The notes under the pieces were generated by a model. The model saw only the letters and a program-made list of their open reading frames with translations. It did no database searches and was not told where the DNA came from. DNA of 64,000 nt from Candidatus Spongiisociaceae bacterium. Lineage in GTDB: Bacteria > Actinomycetota > Acidimicrobiia > Spongiisociales > Spongiisociaceae. This document shows, in pieces, positions 33,934 through 43,793 of this stretch (positions within the stretch are counted from its first letter, which is position 1; each line of letters starts with the position of its first letter). Both the position numbers and the translations under genes were made by a program. The DNA is taken from assembly GCA_965262915.1 (NCBI GenBank), contig OZ253564.1, positions 3,264,001 through 3,328,000 on the forward strand, given 5' to 3'.

Positions 33934-34589
33934 CCAAACAAGCCGAGTTGCTCGTGCTGTTCGGGCTCCGGCTCGCTGGCATCCTCGGCCCCCGCGCCCG
34001 TGCCGTCGTCACCGGCCAACCGGCTGTGAACGGTACGGACCGCTAGTTCCAGATCCCCCCTGATGGTTTCCGCCATCGCAGGCCCGCTCCGCAGAGCCGC
34101 GGCGGGATGGAAGGTCGGTATCACCACCCGCCCCCACCAGGGATAAACGATCCCCCGGGTCTTGGTGATCCCCGTGGCGGTCTTCAGCAGCAACTTGGTC
34201 GAGAAGTTGCCCATGGTCATCACCACAACGGGATCCACCAGCCGGATCTGCGACACCAGGAAGTGCTTGCAGGCCTCTATCTCATCCGGGCGGGGGTCGC
34301 GGTTTCCGGGGGGCCGGCACTTGACCACGTTGGCGATGTAGACATCCCGCCTGTCCAGGCCCACGTCGCCCAGCAGCCGGTTGAGCAGCATGCCCGCCTT
34401 GCCCACGAAGGGCAACCCCTCGCGGTCCTCGTTGAAGCCCGGTCCCTCCCCGATGAACATGATGTCGGCGTCCGGGGACCCGTCGGCGAACACCGCCTGG
34501 GTCCGACCCCGGCTCAAACGGCAGTCTGTACAGACCGCGGCACGCCCCGCCAACTCGGCCAACTGCGTTCGGACCTCTGACTCGGTCAT
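33930..34589 (-). CDS. Uracil-DNA glycosylase family 4
   Basis: C..C.L...R...VF, GEGPG..ED..G.PFVG.AG, NVVKCRPP.NR.P, HPAA. Confidence 0.93.
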   Translation of the reverse strand: MTESEVRTQLAELAGRAAVCTDCRLSRGRTQAVFADGSPDADIMFIGEGPGFNEDREGLPFVGKAGMLLNRLLGDVGLDRRDVYIANVVKCRPPGNRDPRPDEIEACKHFLVSQIRLVDPVVVMTMGNFSTKLLLKTATGITKTRGIVYPWWGRVVIPTFHPAAALRSGPAMAETIRGDLELAVRTVHSRLAGDDGTGAGAEDASEPEPEQHEQLGLFG

Positions 34590-34629
34590 GTCACTTCCCT
34601 GCTCGATCGGAAGCTCCAGGCTGTACGGC

Positions 34630-34838
34630 TAGTGGTCTAGCTGCAAAACAACTTAGCGTGCTCTACTTGCCATCGACGCCCCTCGCTGCGTTCCGCCTCC
34701 TCGACGTACGCTGCCGGTACGCCCTCGTCGGCGGGCCTTGCGAGGAACGCCGCTGCCGGCGCATACCACGCCGCTATTTCACATACAGACCACTGTGGTC
34801 TAGCTGCAAAACAACTTGGCCATTTCACAGACAGACTC
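34630..34838 (-). mobile_element. Structured repeat family B, copy 2 (34631-34794) plus short deleted tandem copy
   Basis: Reverse-complement homolog of 23519-23684; GTGGTCTAGCTGCAAAACAACTT is repeated at ~34796. Confidence 0.8.
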
Positions 34839-35706
34839 CTGTCACGGCCTTCTCGATCGCCCGTCCGGTCGCAACGAAGGCGGCTTCACCCAAGGCATCC
34901 GGATCTCGCTCCGCCTGCCCGCACGACACCGCAAACGCCGCATCGCCATCATATCGGGTATGTGCAGGTCGGATGCACGCCGCCACGGCGTCCTGCGCCC
35001 TGATGCACAACCTGAGGAGGTCCACCCTGGTCAGGCGGGCTTCGGTGGCGACCGCCACCAGCGTGGTGTTGGCATGGGGTGTGATCGCGGATACCGGAGG
35101 GCCGGGGACGGGATCGCCACCGGTAAGGGGCGTCCCCTCGAGCGCGAACACGTCGCCCACCGCGTTCACCACTGCCAGGACGCCCACCCGAACCCCGTCG
35201 ACCTCGACCGCCGCCGAACCTAACCCCGAGGGCTGCACCGCTCCGGGTCCCCGCCACTGCGATATGGTGGCCCCCCTCCCCACCCCGACCCGGCCGAGTT
35301 GAACCGGGCGGGACGAGCGGTCCCGGTAAGCCCGGGCTCCCTCGGACGCTCCCGGCCTGAGTCCGGACGGTCGGTCGAGGTCGTAGACCACCGCGGCGGG
35401 AACTATCGGAACGGGGCCGTTACGGGTCGGATGCCCCCGACCGTCCGCCGCCAACTCCTGGACCACCCCGTCGGCCGAGGCCAGCCCGAAGGCCGATCCC
35501 CCGGAGAAGACAAGCGCCTGGATCTGCTGCACCCTCATCTCCGGACCGAGCAGGGCGGTCTCCCGGCTACCGGGCGCCGCGCCCCGCATCTCCGCGGCGG
35601 CCACATTGGGCTCCGGGAACACCAGTACCGAGACCCCGGTCCCGTGCTCGTCGGACGTCCAGTGCCCGACCTCCACACCTCGAACGGCTGTAATGGTGTC
35701 GTTCAT
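34825..35706 (-). CDS. P1/S58 (DmpA-like) peptidase
   Basis: IT.V.G..VGH, RG.APG.RET..L, SGGSAFGL..A.GV, VPIVP.A...DL, NTTL..VAT, P.HT..DGD..F. Confidence 0.9.
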   Translation of the reverse strand: MNDTITAVRGVEVGHWTSDEHGTGVSVLVFPEPNVAAAEMRGAAPGSRETALLGPEMRVQQIQALVFSGGSAFGLASADGVVQELAADGRGHPTRNGPVPIVPAAVVYDLDRPSGLRPGASEGARAYRDRSSRPVQLGRVGVGRGATISQWRGPGAVQPSGLGSAAVEVDGVRVGVLAVVNAVGDVFALEGTPLTGGDPVPGPPVSAITPHANTTLVAVATEARLTRVDLLRLCIRAQDAVAACIRPAHTRYDGDAAFAVSCGQAERDPDALGEAAFVATGRAIEKAVTGVCL

Positions 35707-35719
35707 GCTCCGGCGGCTC

Positions 35720-36862
35720 TCATCGGCGTTCCCGGTGGATGACGTAGCTCTCGTCGTTGAACCAGACCCCGCCGTAGCGCTCGATCACCGAGCGCGTGGC
35801 TTCGATGTAGGCGGCCGAGGAGACCGCGTCGGACATCCGTTCCTCGTCGATCTGCGCCACGTAGGCGGCCGCATTCCAAGCGGCCAGGATCGAGGAGGTC
35901 CCGATGTGCTCGTGCCCCTCCACGGGCATGGCATGCATCTCGTAGCGAAACAACGACTCCCCGTCGTCGAGGGGCTCCATCACCAGATCCCGATCCCGCC
36001 GCGCCGACAGCCGGCGGGAGGCCTCCTCCAGGAGCGTCCGGCGGTCGGTCCGGAAGGGGTTCTCATCGGGCCAGAGGTTACGGATGATCTCGATACCGGG
36101 ATCATCGCCGTAGGCGTGGATACCGAGCAGGCGCCCCCCGGGGGCCAACGCCCGGGCGAGAGGCCTGATGACCGTGCGGACCTTGTGCCGGGCCGTCGTG
36201 CGCGCCCGGTAGGGCTGGGAGGCGATGATCAGATCGTAGGACCCCTCGTAGGCGTGCTGCTCGGGCAATACGCGGCGGAGTATGAACTCCCGGTCCTTGC
36301 GGTATATGACATGGACAGCCGGCCTGACGTAGACGGGGTTACCGGTCCTCGGGCTGGTCGCCACCTCCCAGTCCTCGGTCGCCCTGTCCTGGATGTCCCT
36401 CATCTGGCGGGCGAAGTCGATCGTCGTGGACCCTTCTAGGGCCCACCGGCGCCATGACACATCGACCTTCCCGGGCCCGGGCCGGAGGTCGGGCGCTTCG
36501 TGATAGGTCATGTTGGTGACCACGAACACCATCTCCGGATGTTCGTGGAGGCGGTCGGGAAGCTTGTCGAGGGTCAGGCGCACATCCTCCAGGCTGATCT
36601 CCTTGCCCACCACCAACCAGGGAACGTGGGTGAAGAGAGCATGGAGGCTGCGCATCACGTCGGTGAGTACGGTGGCATCGCCCATACCTGCATCGAACAG
36701 GCGCAGGGCATCGGGACCCGGACTCACCAGGCTCGCCTCGCGGGCGATCCGGGCCGCCACCTCCGACTTCTCGGTGGTGGTGGTGACGAACATCATGTAG
36801 GCGGCCCGGCTGTCGAAGAAGCGGGGCCGCTCTCTCTGCTCCATCCGGACCGCCTTGGTCAT
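35720..36862 (-). CDS. Hypothetical protein with SAM-dependent methyltransferase-like motifs
   Basis: RLFDAGMGD (motif I-like), VGKEIS, YDLIIASQPY, LAPGGRL. Confidence 0.6.
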   Translation of the reverse strand: MTKAVRMEQRERPRFFDSRAAYMMFVTTTTEKSEVAARIAREASLVSPGPDALRLFDAGMGDATVLTDVMRSLHALFTHVPWLVVGKEISLEDVRLTLDKLPDRLHEHPEMVFVVTNMTYHEAPDLRPGPGKVDVSWRRWALEGSTTIDFARQMRDIQDRATEDWEVATSPRTGNPVYVRPAVHVIYRKDREFILRRVLPEQHAYEGSYDLIIASQPYRARTTARHKVRTVIRPLARALAPGGRLLGIHAYGDDPGIEIIRNLWPDENPFRTDRRTLLEEASRRLSARRDRDLVMEPLDDGESLFRYEMHAMPVEGHEHIGTSSILAAWNAAAYVAQIDEERMSDAVSSAAYIEATRSVIERYGGVWFNDESYVIHRERR

Positions 36863-36897
36863 CTCGGGGGGACTCGGGTAACGGTACTCTCCCGTCG

Positions 36898-38064
36898 ATG
36901 GTGTTCGAACCGACGGTGGCCACCGACCCCCGCTTGTCTCGTCCTACCTTCGCCGAGATCGACCTCGACCGGCTCACGGCCAACTACCGGGCCGTCGAAG
37001 CGGCGGCAGGCGGGGCCGGGATGCTTCCCGTCCTGAAGGCCAACGCCTACGGGCACGGCCTCATCCCGGTGTCCCGGCATCTGGAAGCCCTGGGAGCGGT
37101 GGGCCTGGCCGTGGCCTTCCTCGAAGAGGGCTCTCTCCTCCGAGAGGCGGGTGTCAGGTGTCCGATCCTCATCATGGGTGGAATCGACGTGGACCAGATC
37201 CCGCACTTCCTCCGGTACGACCTCACGATCACCGCATCATCGGTCGAGAAGCTCCGGGAGGTCGACCGGGCCGCCGCCGCGATGGGCGTGACCGCTCGGG
37301 TACATCTCAAGGTCGATACCGGCATGGGACGCATAGGAATGAGGCCCGCCACCGCCCAGGCCATGTTCCGGTCCGGCCTGGAAGCCACCCATGTGGAAGT
37401 CGAGGGGATCTACAGCCACTTCGCCACCGCCGACCGGGCCGACTCCGCACAGACCCACCGGCAGTTGGAGAAGTTCCGCCGAGCGCTGTCGTTCTACCGC
37501 GACCGCGGACTCCCCCTGCCGAAGTTGCACCTCGCCAACTCGGGAGCGATCCTCCAGCATCCGGCCTCCCACCTCGACCTGGTCCGGCCCGGCATCCTGC
37601 TGTTCGGTATCTACCCCTCGGAGGAAGTTGCCCGCAGCATTGACGTAAGGCCTGTACTCGCATGGAAGTCCCGGGTCGTGTTCTTCAAGGTGCAGCCGTC
37701 GGGCTACCCGGTCGGCTATGGCGCCGCCTGGAAACCGGACGGAGACACCCGGATCGTGACCGTGCCGGTCGGCTACGGCGACGGCTACTTCCATGCCCTG
37801 TCCGAGCGGGGGCAGGTGATCATCGGGGAACGGCGCAGGCCCATCGTAGGAGGCGTCTGCATGGACCAGTTCATGGTCGACATCGGGCCCGACGGTGAAG
37901 CCTACAACGGCGACGAGGTGGTCCTCATCGGGTCGCAGGGGGACGCATCGATCAGTGCGACCGACCTGGCTCGGTGGGCGGGCACCATTCCATACGAAGT
38001 CCTCACCAACATCAACACCCGTGTCGACCGACGCTACACCGGTGGCGCCGGCACCACCTCGTAG
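36898..38064 (+). CDS. alr: Alanine racemase
   Basis: VLKANAYGHG, HLKVDTGMGR.G, SHFA.AD, NSG, RPG..L.G, GY.DG, CMDQ, TI.YE. Confidence 0.97.
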   Translation: MVFEPTVATDPRLSRPTFAEIDLDRLTANYRAVEAAAGGAGMLPVLKANAYGHGLIPVSRHLEALGAVGLAVAFLEEGSLLREAGVRCPILIMGGIDVDQIPHFLRYDLTITASSVEKLREVDRAAAAMGVTARVHLKVDTGMGRIGMRPATAQAMFRSGLEATHVEVEGIYSHFATADRADSAQTHRQLEKFRRALSFYRDRGLPLPKLHLANSGAILQHPASHLDLVRPGILLFGIYPSEEVARSIDVRPVLAWKSRVVFFKVQPSGYPVGYGAAWKPDGDTRIVTVPVGYGDGYFHALSERGQVIIGERRRPIVGGVCMDQFMVDIGPDGEAYNGDEVVLIGSQGDASISATDLARWAGTIPYEVLTNINTRVDRRYTGGAGTTS

Positions 38065-39032
38065 CCGGGTTGCTCCGGATCGGAGTCGACGATCTCGGGG
38101 GGGAACCCCGGCGCCCGCAGTTGGACACCGCAGGCGTCCTCGACGAGGCGCACGATGCCCGACGACCAGGCGCGGGATCCGTATGCCTGCTCGCCCCGCC
38201 TGAAGATGTCCAGCACCAGCGGTGACAGCTCGAGGGGAGTCCCCCGCCGGTCGGCCAGTTGCTGGAATAGCGACATGTCCTTGACCACCAGGTCCATCGT
38301 GAAGTTGATGTTGTAGCTTCCGTTGAGGATCACCTGGGACTCGGTCTCGTGAACGAAGGAGTTACCGGAGCTGATCCGGATCGCCTCGTATGCCGTGGTG
38401 AGATCCATGCCGGCCTGCCGAGCGATCATCAACGCCTCGCCCAGCGCCACCAGATGGACCGAGGCCAGGTAGTTGGTCACCACTTTGAGGATCGATGCCG
38501 AGCCCAACCTGCCGACGTGGAGGATCCGCCGCCCCATGGTCGTGAGTACGGGAAGGGCTCGTTCGAAGTCCTCGCGCTCCCCGCCCACGAAGATCGAGAT
38601 GTTGCCGGTCGCTGCCCGGTGGCATCCCCCCGAGACCGGTCCGTCCAGCGGGCGGGCTCCGGCGGCCACCACCAGATCCCCCAGACGCCGTACCTCGGCC
38701 TCGTCGGTGGTGCTCATCTCCAGCCATATTTTCCCGGGTCCCAGGCCCGCCAGTATCCCGTCGTCACCCTCCATCGCAGACCGGACCGCGGCCGGCGACG
38801 GGAGGCAGGTAATGACAAGCTCGCTGTTCATCGCCAGCTCGCGATTCGTATCGGCCCACTCGGCACCCGCATCGAGCAGCGATCCGGCCGCGTCACGGTT
38901 GAGATCCCTGACCACCAACCGGTAACCACTACGCAGCAGGCTCCCCGCCAGTTTGCTACCGGCGTTTCCAAGCCCTACGAAACCCACCTTCACGGAGTCG
39001 ACCTCCCGCTCGGACAATGCTGACACAGCCAC
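38034..39032 (-). CDS. NAD(P)-dependent oxidoreductase, 3-hydroxyisobutyrate dehydrogenase family
   Basis: GFVGLGN.G, ITCLPSP, EMST, D.PVSGG, K.VTN, F..DL..KD. Confidence 0.9.
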   Translation of the reverse strand: MAVSALSEREVDSVKVGFVGLGNAGSKLAGSLLRSGYRLVVRDLNRDAAGSLLDAGAEWADTNRELAMNSELVITCLPSPAAVRSAMEGDDGILAGLGPGKIWLEMSTTDEAEVRRLGDLVVAAGARPLDGPVSGGCHRAATGNISIFVGGEREDFERALPVLTTMGRRILHVGRLGSASILKVVTNYLASVHLVALGEALMIARQAGMDLTTAYEAIRISSGNSFVHETESQVILNGSYNINFTMDLVVKDMSLFQQLADRRGTPLELSPLVLDIFRRGEQAYGSRAWSSGIVRLVEDACGVQLRAPGFPPEIVDSDPEQPGYEVVPAPPV

Positions 39033-39110
39033 GGACCCCGGCGGTCCGCCTCATACCGATAGGAAATCATACGGGCGGGCGTCGGGCCCCGGTGGATTGC
39101 TTCCACCTTC

Positions 39111-39218
39111 CTTGGACGGTACTGAGAAACCCCCTCCGTTGACCCGATGGTCGATGACAAAATGCCCGGTCAGCTGACGGGGGGCCAGCCGTTCTCACCG
39201 TTTCTGGCATTCTGCTAG
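39111..39218 (-). mobile_element. MITE-like family A, diverged copy
   Basis: Colinear with copy 2 (CGATGACA.AATGCC...TCAG...GGGCC...CACCGTTT...CTAG); terminal CTAG supplies the SDR stop. Confidence 0.55.
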
Positions 39219-39964
39219 ATAGCCGTGTACCCCCCGTCGACCATGTAGGCAGCCCCGGTCGTGAAGGAGGATTCATCGCCTGCCAGGTGGAGGACCGCGC
39301 GAGCTATCTCCTCCGGTTCGCCCAGCCGAGCCATCAGGTGCATGCCTTCCAGCCTGGCCCTCCGCTCCTCGGTCAACGGACTTAGCAAAGGGGTGTTTAT
39401 CGCTCCGGGGCAGACCGCGTTGACCCGGATACCGGCGGACGCGTGATCGTAGGCCATACAGCGCACCAGCCCGACAACGCCGTGCTTGGAGGTGTTGTAG
39501 GCCACCTGGCCTTTCTCACCGGTGAAACCGGCTACCGAGGCGATGCACACGATCGATCCGCCACCGGTCCGCTCCATGTGGGGGACAGCGTGCCGTGAGG
39601 CGAGGAACACCGATTTGAGGTTCACGGCCATCACCCGGTCCCAGAATTCCTCGGTGACCTCCGTCACCGTCCCCTTGCCGGCAATCCCGGCGTTGTTGAC
39701 CAGAATGTCGAGCGTGCCGTACTGCTCCACAGCTGCCTCCACCATCCGTCGGCACTCTTCGTCGGACGTGACATCGACCTGTACCGACATCGCCTCCCCG
39801 CCCGCCTCGACGATCTCGTCTACCACCCTTGCCACCGGACCGGTTCTTACATCGGCCAGTACGAGCCTGGCCCCTTCGGCGGCGAACAGACAGGCTATGG
39901 CCGCTCCGATACCTTGGCCGGCCCCGGTGACGATCGCCACTTTCCCGTCCAACCTCAGCGCCAT
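39215..39964 (-). CDS. SDR family oxidoreductase
   Basis: TGAGQGIG, NNAG, YNTSK, VDGG. Confidence 0.95.
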   Translation of the reverse strand: MALRLDGKVAIVTGAGQGIGAAIACLFAAEGARLVLADVRTGPVARVVDEIVEAGGEAMSVQVDVTSDEECRRMVEAAVEQYGTLDILVNNAGIAGKGTVTEVTEEFWDRVMAVNLKSVFLASRHAVPHMERTGGGSIVCIASVAGFTGEKGQVAYNTSKHGVVGLVRCMAYDHASAGIRVNAVCPGAINTPLLSPLTEERRARLEGMHLMARLGEPEEIARAVLHLAGDESSFTTGAAYMVDGGYTAI

Positions 39965-40033
39965 CTCGATCTCCCGCCTTCCGGTCGTTTGATCGGGGCC
40001 GCCCGCCGGTCAGATCCGCGCCAATCCCCTCCT

Positions 40034-40849
40034 TCACTCGGCCAGGAAATCGAGGATCACCTCAATCGACTTCTCGGGTTCCTCGATGTAATGGGTATGG
40101 CCGCTCGTCTCGAAGATCTCCAGCCGGCCGTTCGGAAGATGGTCGGCCACGTAGCGGGCTCCCGCACCGCCGGGCCCGCCATCGAGCGGTGTGAGGATGT
40201 CCTCGGCGCCCACCATTACCAATGCCGGCGCCCGGACCTCGGGGACTATTTCCCGCACGTCGGTATCGATCATCGCCTGGCACGCGTCGATGAACACGGA
40301 GAGTTCCGTATTGCGAGCCAGGACTTCCTTGATCGCCCACACCAAGTCTTCTCCCATCTCATCCAGGAAGGTTCTCGAGAAACCCTTGGTGAGGAGTTCT
40401 CGTGACAGCTCCTCGGATGCGACTCCGTACGCCGACGCCACATACTGCCAGATGCGGAACATATGCACGCTCATCGCGTCGCACTTGGCCACCGCTCCGG
40501 CGCCCATCAGCAGCTTGTCGACCTTCTCGGGGTAGCTGGCTGCGAAGTCGAGAGCTATGAAGCTACCCATGGACCCGCCGTGGATATGGGCCCTCTCGAC
40601 CTCCAAGGTCTCCATGAGAGCAGCCAGATCGGCGCTCCATACCTCCAGCGTGTAGCGCTGTTCGGGGCGGCTGCTGAGGCCGTAGCCCCGGTGGTCGTAG
40701 TCGAGGACCCGGTAGTGCTGCGAAACGCCCGGGGTAATGGTCGCGTATCCTTCATGGCCGCTGACCGCTCCCCCGATCTGCACCACCGTCTCGCCTTCAC
40801 CCGAGAACTCGTACCAGATGTCGACCCCGTTGACCTCTACCGTTGGCAT
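40034..40849 (-). CDS. Alpha/beta hydrolase
   Basis: YDHRGYG.S, GGSMG nucleophile elbow, G.ED.LTP, GH. Confidence 0.9.
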   Translation of the reverse strand: MPTVEVNGVDIWYEFSGEGETVVQIGGAVSGHEGYATITPGVSQHYRVLDYDHRGYGLSSRPEQRYTLEVWSADLAALMETLEVERAHIHGGSMGSFIALDFAASYPEKVDKLLMGAGAVAKCDAMSVHMFRIWQYVASAYGVASEELSRELLTKGFSRTFLDEMGEDLVWAIKEVLARNTELSVFIDACQAMIDTDVREIVPEVRAPALVMVGAEDILTPLDGGPGGAGARYVADHLPNGRLEIFETSGHTHYIEEPEKSIEVILDFLAE

Positions 40850-40916
40850 TGACGCCTCCTAAGCCTCACCATGGCTCTGATTCTACGGCGGCCGGCGTTA
40901 TCGTGCCGGACTTCGG

Positions 40917-41744
40917 TCAGCCGGGTTCGACCGGGTTGGTAAGCCTTCCGATTCCCTCGATCTCGAGCGTCACGACATCCCCGGGTGCCAGGTACTCGGG
41001 CGGAGTGCGGGCAAAGCCCACCCCGCTCGGTGTCCCGGTGGAGATCACGGCCCCGGTCCCGAGGGTGAGTGAGCTGGACAGGTGGGACACGAGCGCCGGA
41101 ACGTCGAAGATCAGATCCGAGGTCTCTCCGGACTGTTTCAGCACACCGTTGACCCAGAGCTTGACATCGAGATCGTCGGCGGCGCCCAACTCGTCGGTGG
41201 TGGTGATCCACGGGCCCATCGGCTTGAAGGTATCGAACGACTTGGCCCGACTCCACTGTCCCTCGCTCCTCTGTATGTCCCGGGCGGAGACATCGTTGAC
41301 GATCACGTAGCCCGCCACGTGGTCCAGGGCGTCCTCCACCGGCACATCACGGGCCTCCCGCCCGATCACGACACCGAGTTCGACCTCCCAGTCCGCCTCG
41401 TCGGTGAACGGAGGAATCAGGATGGGATCGCCCGGGTTGATGATCGAGGAGTTGAAGAAGGGAAAGCTGATCGGGGAGGTGGGAACCGCGGCGCCCGACT
41501 CGGCGGCGTGGGCCCGGTAGTTGAGACCGATGCCGACGAACTGAGGCGGGTCCGGGATGGGCGCCAGGAGTTGCACATTCCCGAGCGGCAGGCCGCCGGA
41601 GGACCGCCGGAACAATTCTTCCAGCGCGGCTCGGTCGCTCAGAACCTGCATCAGGCTCGGCCCTTCGGTGACAGGCCGAATCTCGTCACCGGCGACGAAC
41701 CCCCATCCGGCTGCTTCATCGATCCTGAAACGTGCTATTCGCAT
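40917..41744 (-). CDS. Fumarylacetoacetate hydrolase family protein
   Basis: IGLNY..HA.E, DWEVEL.VVIG, NDVSARD.Q, KSFDTF.P.GP, TGTP.GVG. Confidence 0.93.
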   Translation of the reverse strand: MRIARFRIDEAAGWGFVAGDEIRPVTEGPSLMQVLSDRAALEELFRRSSGGLPLGNVQLLAPIPDPPQFVGIGLNYRAHAAESGAAVPTSPISFPFFNSSIINPGDPILIPPFTDEADWEVELGVVIGREARDVPVEDALDHVAGYVIVNDVSARDIQRSEGQWSRAKSFDTFKPMGPWITTTDELGAADDLDVKLWVNGVLKQSGETSDLIFDVPALVSHLSSSLTLGTGAVISTGTPSGVGFARTPPEYLAPGDVVTLEIEGIGRLTNPVEPG

Positions 41745-41810
41745 GAAGTCACTTCCGCTTAGGCTGGCCGAGATTGTATATGCTCTCCTGCGGCAGGAAG
41801 GAGGCACTCC

Positions 41811-42203
41811 GTGGGGATCGAAGCAGTCGAAGTGAACGCCCTCAGCCCACCACCCGAGCCTTACTCCCACGCGATCCGGGCCGGCAACGTCCTGTATCTG
41901 GCCGGACAAGTGGCTTTCGACCGCAACGGCGAGATCGTGGGAGACACCGTGGAGGAGCAGGCCCGCCAAGTGTGGCGGAACATCGGGGACATTCTCGAGG
42001 CGGCCGGGAGTTCGATAGCCGACGTGGTGAAGGTGACCTACATCATGGGGGACATCCGGGAGATCACCGAGGAGTTCCCCGTTCGCGAGGAGGTGTTCGA
42101 GGGCAGGCCGTTCCCGGCTGTCACCGCCATGCAGGCCGCCGCCCTCGGCCTCCCCGGGCTGAAGATGGAGGTCGACGTGATCGCGGTGATGGGCGATGGC
42201 TGA
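41811..42203 (+). CDS. RidA family protein
   Basis: PYSHA..AG..LY.AGQV, Q..Q...NI..IL.AAG, VVK.T, PA.T...AL. Confidence 0.9.
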   Translation: MGIEAVEVNALSPPPEPYSHAIRAGNVLYLAGQVAFDRNGEIVGDTVEEQARQVWRNIGDILEAAGSSIADVVKVTYIMGDIREITEEFPVREEVFEGRPFPAVTAMQAAALGLPGLKMEVDVIAVMGDG

Positions 42204-42384
42204 ACAATCCAAGTCCGGAGTTGCGGAGATCTTGGCGCAGAACGGCCTGGACGGCCCCGCTTTCGACCCGGCGGCGGTCGCCGACGTGCTGGCCGGATGG
42301 CGGGAAGCAGGCAGGGAACTGGACCGGTTGCTCGAAGACCGGACGGTCAACGATGTGACTCTCTTCGATCCGGAGTGGCGGTAG
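42196..42384 (+). CDS. Small protein, candidate GatC/AtzG-like amidase partner
   Basis: 62 aa, overlaps the ridA stop, ends 5 nt before the amidase, C-terminal F.P.W motif. Confidence 0.5.
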   Translation: MAEQSKSGVAEILAQNGLDGPAFDPAAVADVLAGWREAGRELDRLLEDRTVNDVTLFDPEWR

Positions 42385-42389
42385 TGGCT

Positions 42390-43793
42390 ATGGGTGCAGG
42401 ATCGATTGCCGCGTTGGCCCGAAAGCTCAGGGCCGGTACCTCCAGTTCGGTCGAGTTGACCCGCGAGGCGCTGGACGGGATCGCCCGACTGGATGATCGA
42501 CTGAACGCCTTCGTGCTGGTCGACCGGCAAGGGGCCCTGGAGGCTGCCGAAGCCGCCGACGCCGGACTCCGCTCGGGGACGGACTCAGGGCCGCTGACCG
42601 GTATACCGGTTGGTGTCAAGGACATCATCCACATGCGAGGGCTACCGACGCGGTGCGGGTCCCCCGCCTCTTCGAACCAGGCCCGCTCAGCCGACGCGAC
42701 CGTCGTCACCCGGCTCCGCGAGGCCGGCGCCGTGATCGTCGGCAAGACCACCACCCACGAACTCGCCTGCGGCGTCTACAGCGCCCCCGCCGCCAACCCC
42801 TGGGACACGAACCGGCTCCCGGGAGGCTCGAGCGGGGGTTCCGGGGCTGCGGTCGCGGCCGGTGTGGTCCCGATGGCGCTCGGCACCGATACCGGAGGAT
42901 CGATAAGGATCCCGGCCTCGGTGTGCGGCGTAGCCGGCTTGAAGCCCACGTACGGGAGAGTCTCGCGGGCGGGTGTCGAACCGCTGGCGTGGTCGCTGGA
43001 CCATATCGGACCGCTGGCGGCCACAGTCGCCGACTGCGCCCTCTCGCTACAGGCCATGGCAGGTTTCGACCGGGCCGACGCTGCCACGACCCGCGTGCCG
43101 GTACCCGACTTCTCCGAGGGACTGGACAGGGGTGTGGACGCCTTACGGATCGGGGTGATGGCAGATGGTCCCTTCTCCCCGATGCAGGAGGATGTCGCCG
43201 AGGCGTTCGGCGAGGCGGTCGAGATGCTGAACTCTCTGGGGGCCGAGTTACTTACGGTCGACGTACCCGAACTCGACTACACGCTCCCCGCCGAGTTCGC
43301 CATTGTCGGCCCCGAAGCGGCGGCATGCCACCGGCGGTTCCTGCGGGACATTCCGGAAGCGATCTCGCCCGGTATCCGCCGGCTGCTGACAATCGGAACG
43401 GTGGTTCCCTCCATCCACTACCTGAAGGGGTTGAGCGCCCGCTTGGTGATCCGCGACGCATTGAGGACCGCTTTTGGACGCAAGGAACTGGACGTTGTGG
43501 TTACTCCGACCCTGCCCGCCACAGCGGCGCCGGCCGACCAGCAGCAATTGGAATGCGGCGGGGTGGCCGAGGACGTGACCGAGGCTTACGTGAGAACCAC
43601 CGCGCCGTTCAACCTCTCGGGACAGCCGGCGCTCAGCGTGCCGTGCGGCTTCGACAGCGATGGACTCCCGGTCGGCCTGCAGATTGCCGGGCGTCCCTTC
43701 GACGAGGCGACGGTTCTTCAGGTCGGATCCGCCTACGAGGCGTCCACTCCGTGGTTGCGCCGCCGTCCCCCCGTACATGTGGAGGCGGCATGA
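42390..43793 (+). CDS. Amidase-signature family enzyme
   Basis: GPL.GIP..VKD, GKTTTHE, GGSSGGS, GTDTGGSIRIPA..CG..GLKPT.GR. Confidence 0.95.
   Translation: MGAGSIAALARKLRAGTSSSVELTREALDGIARLDDRLNAFVLVDRQGALEAAEAADAGLRSGTDSGPLTGIPVGVKDIIHMRGLPTRCGSPASSNQARSADATVVTRLREAGAVIVGKTTTHELACGVYSAPAANPWDTNRLPGGSSGGSGAAVAAGVVPMALGTDTGGSIRIPASVCGVAGLKPTYGRVSRAGVEPLAWSLDHIGPLAATVADCALSLQAMAGFDRADAATTRVPVPDFSEGLDRGVDALRIGVMADGPFSPMQEDVAEAFGEAVEMLNSLGAELLTVDVPELDYTLPAEFAIVGPEAAACHRRFLRDIPEAISPGIRRLLTIGTVVPSIHYLKGLSARLVIRDALRTAFGRKELDVVVTPTLPATAAPADQQQLECGGVAEDVTEAYVRTTAPFNLSGQPALSVPCGFDSDGLPVGLQIAGRPFDEATVLQVGSAYEASTPWLRRRPPVHVEAA

Noticed and set aside
42390-43793. gatA of the GatCAB amidotransferase
   Set aside because: No gatB adjacent, catabolic context, and it has HELACG rather than the GatA DEFAMGS motif.
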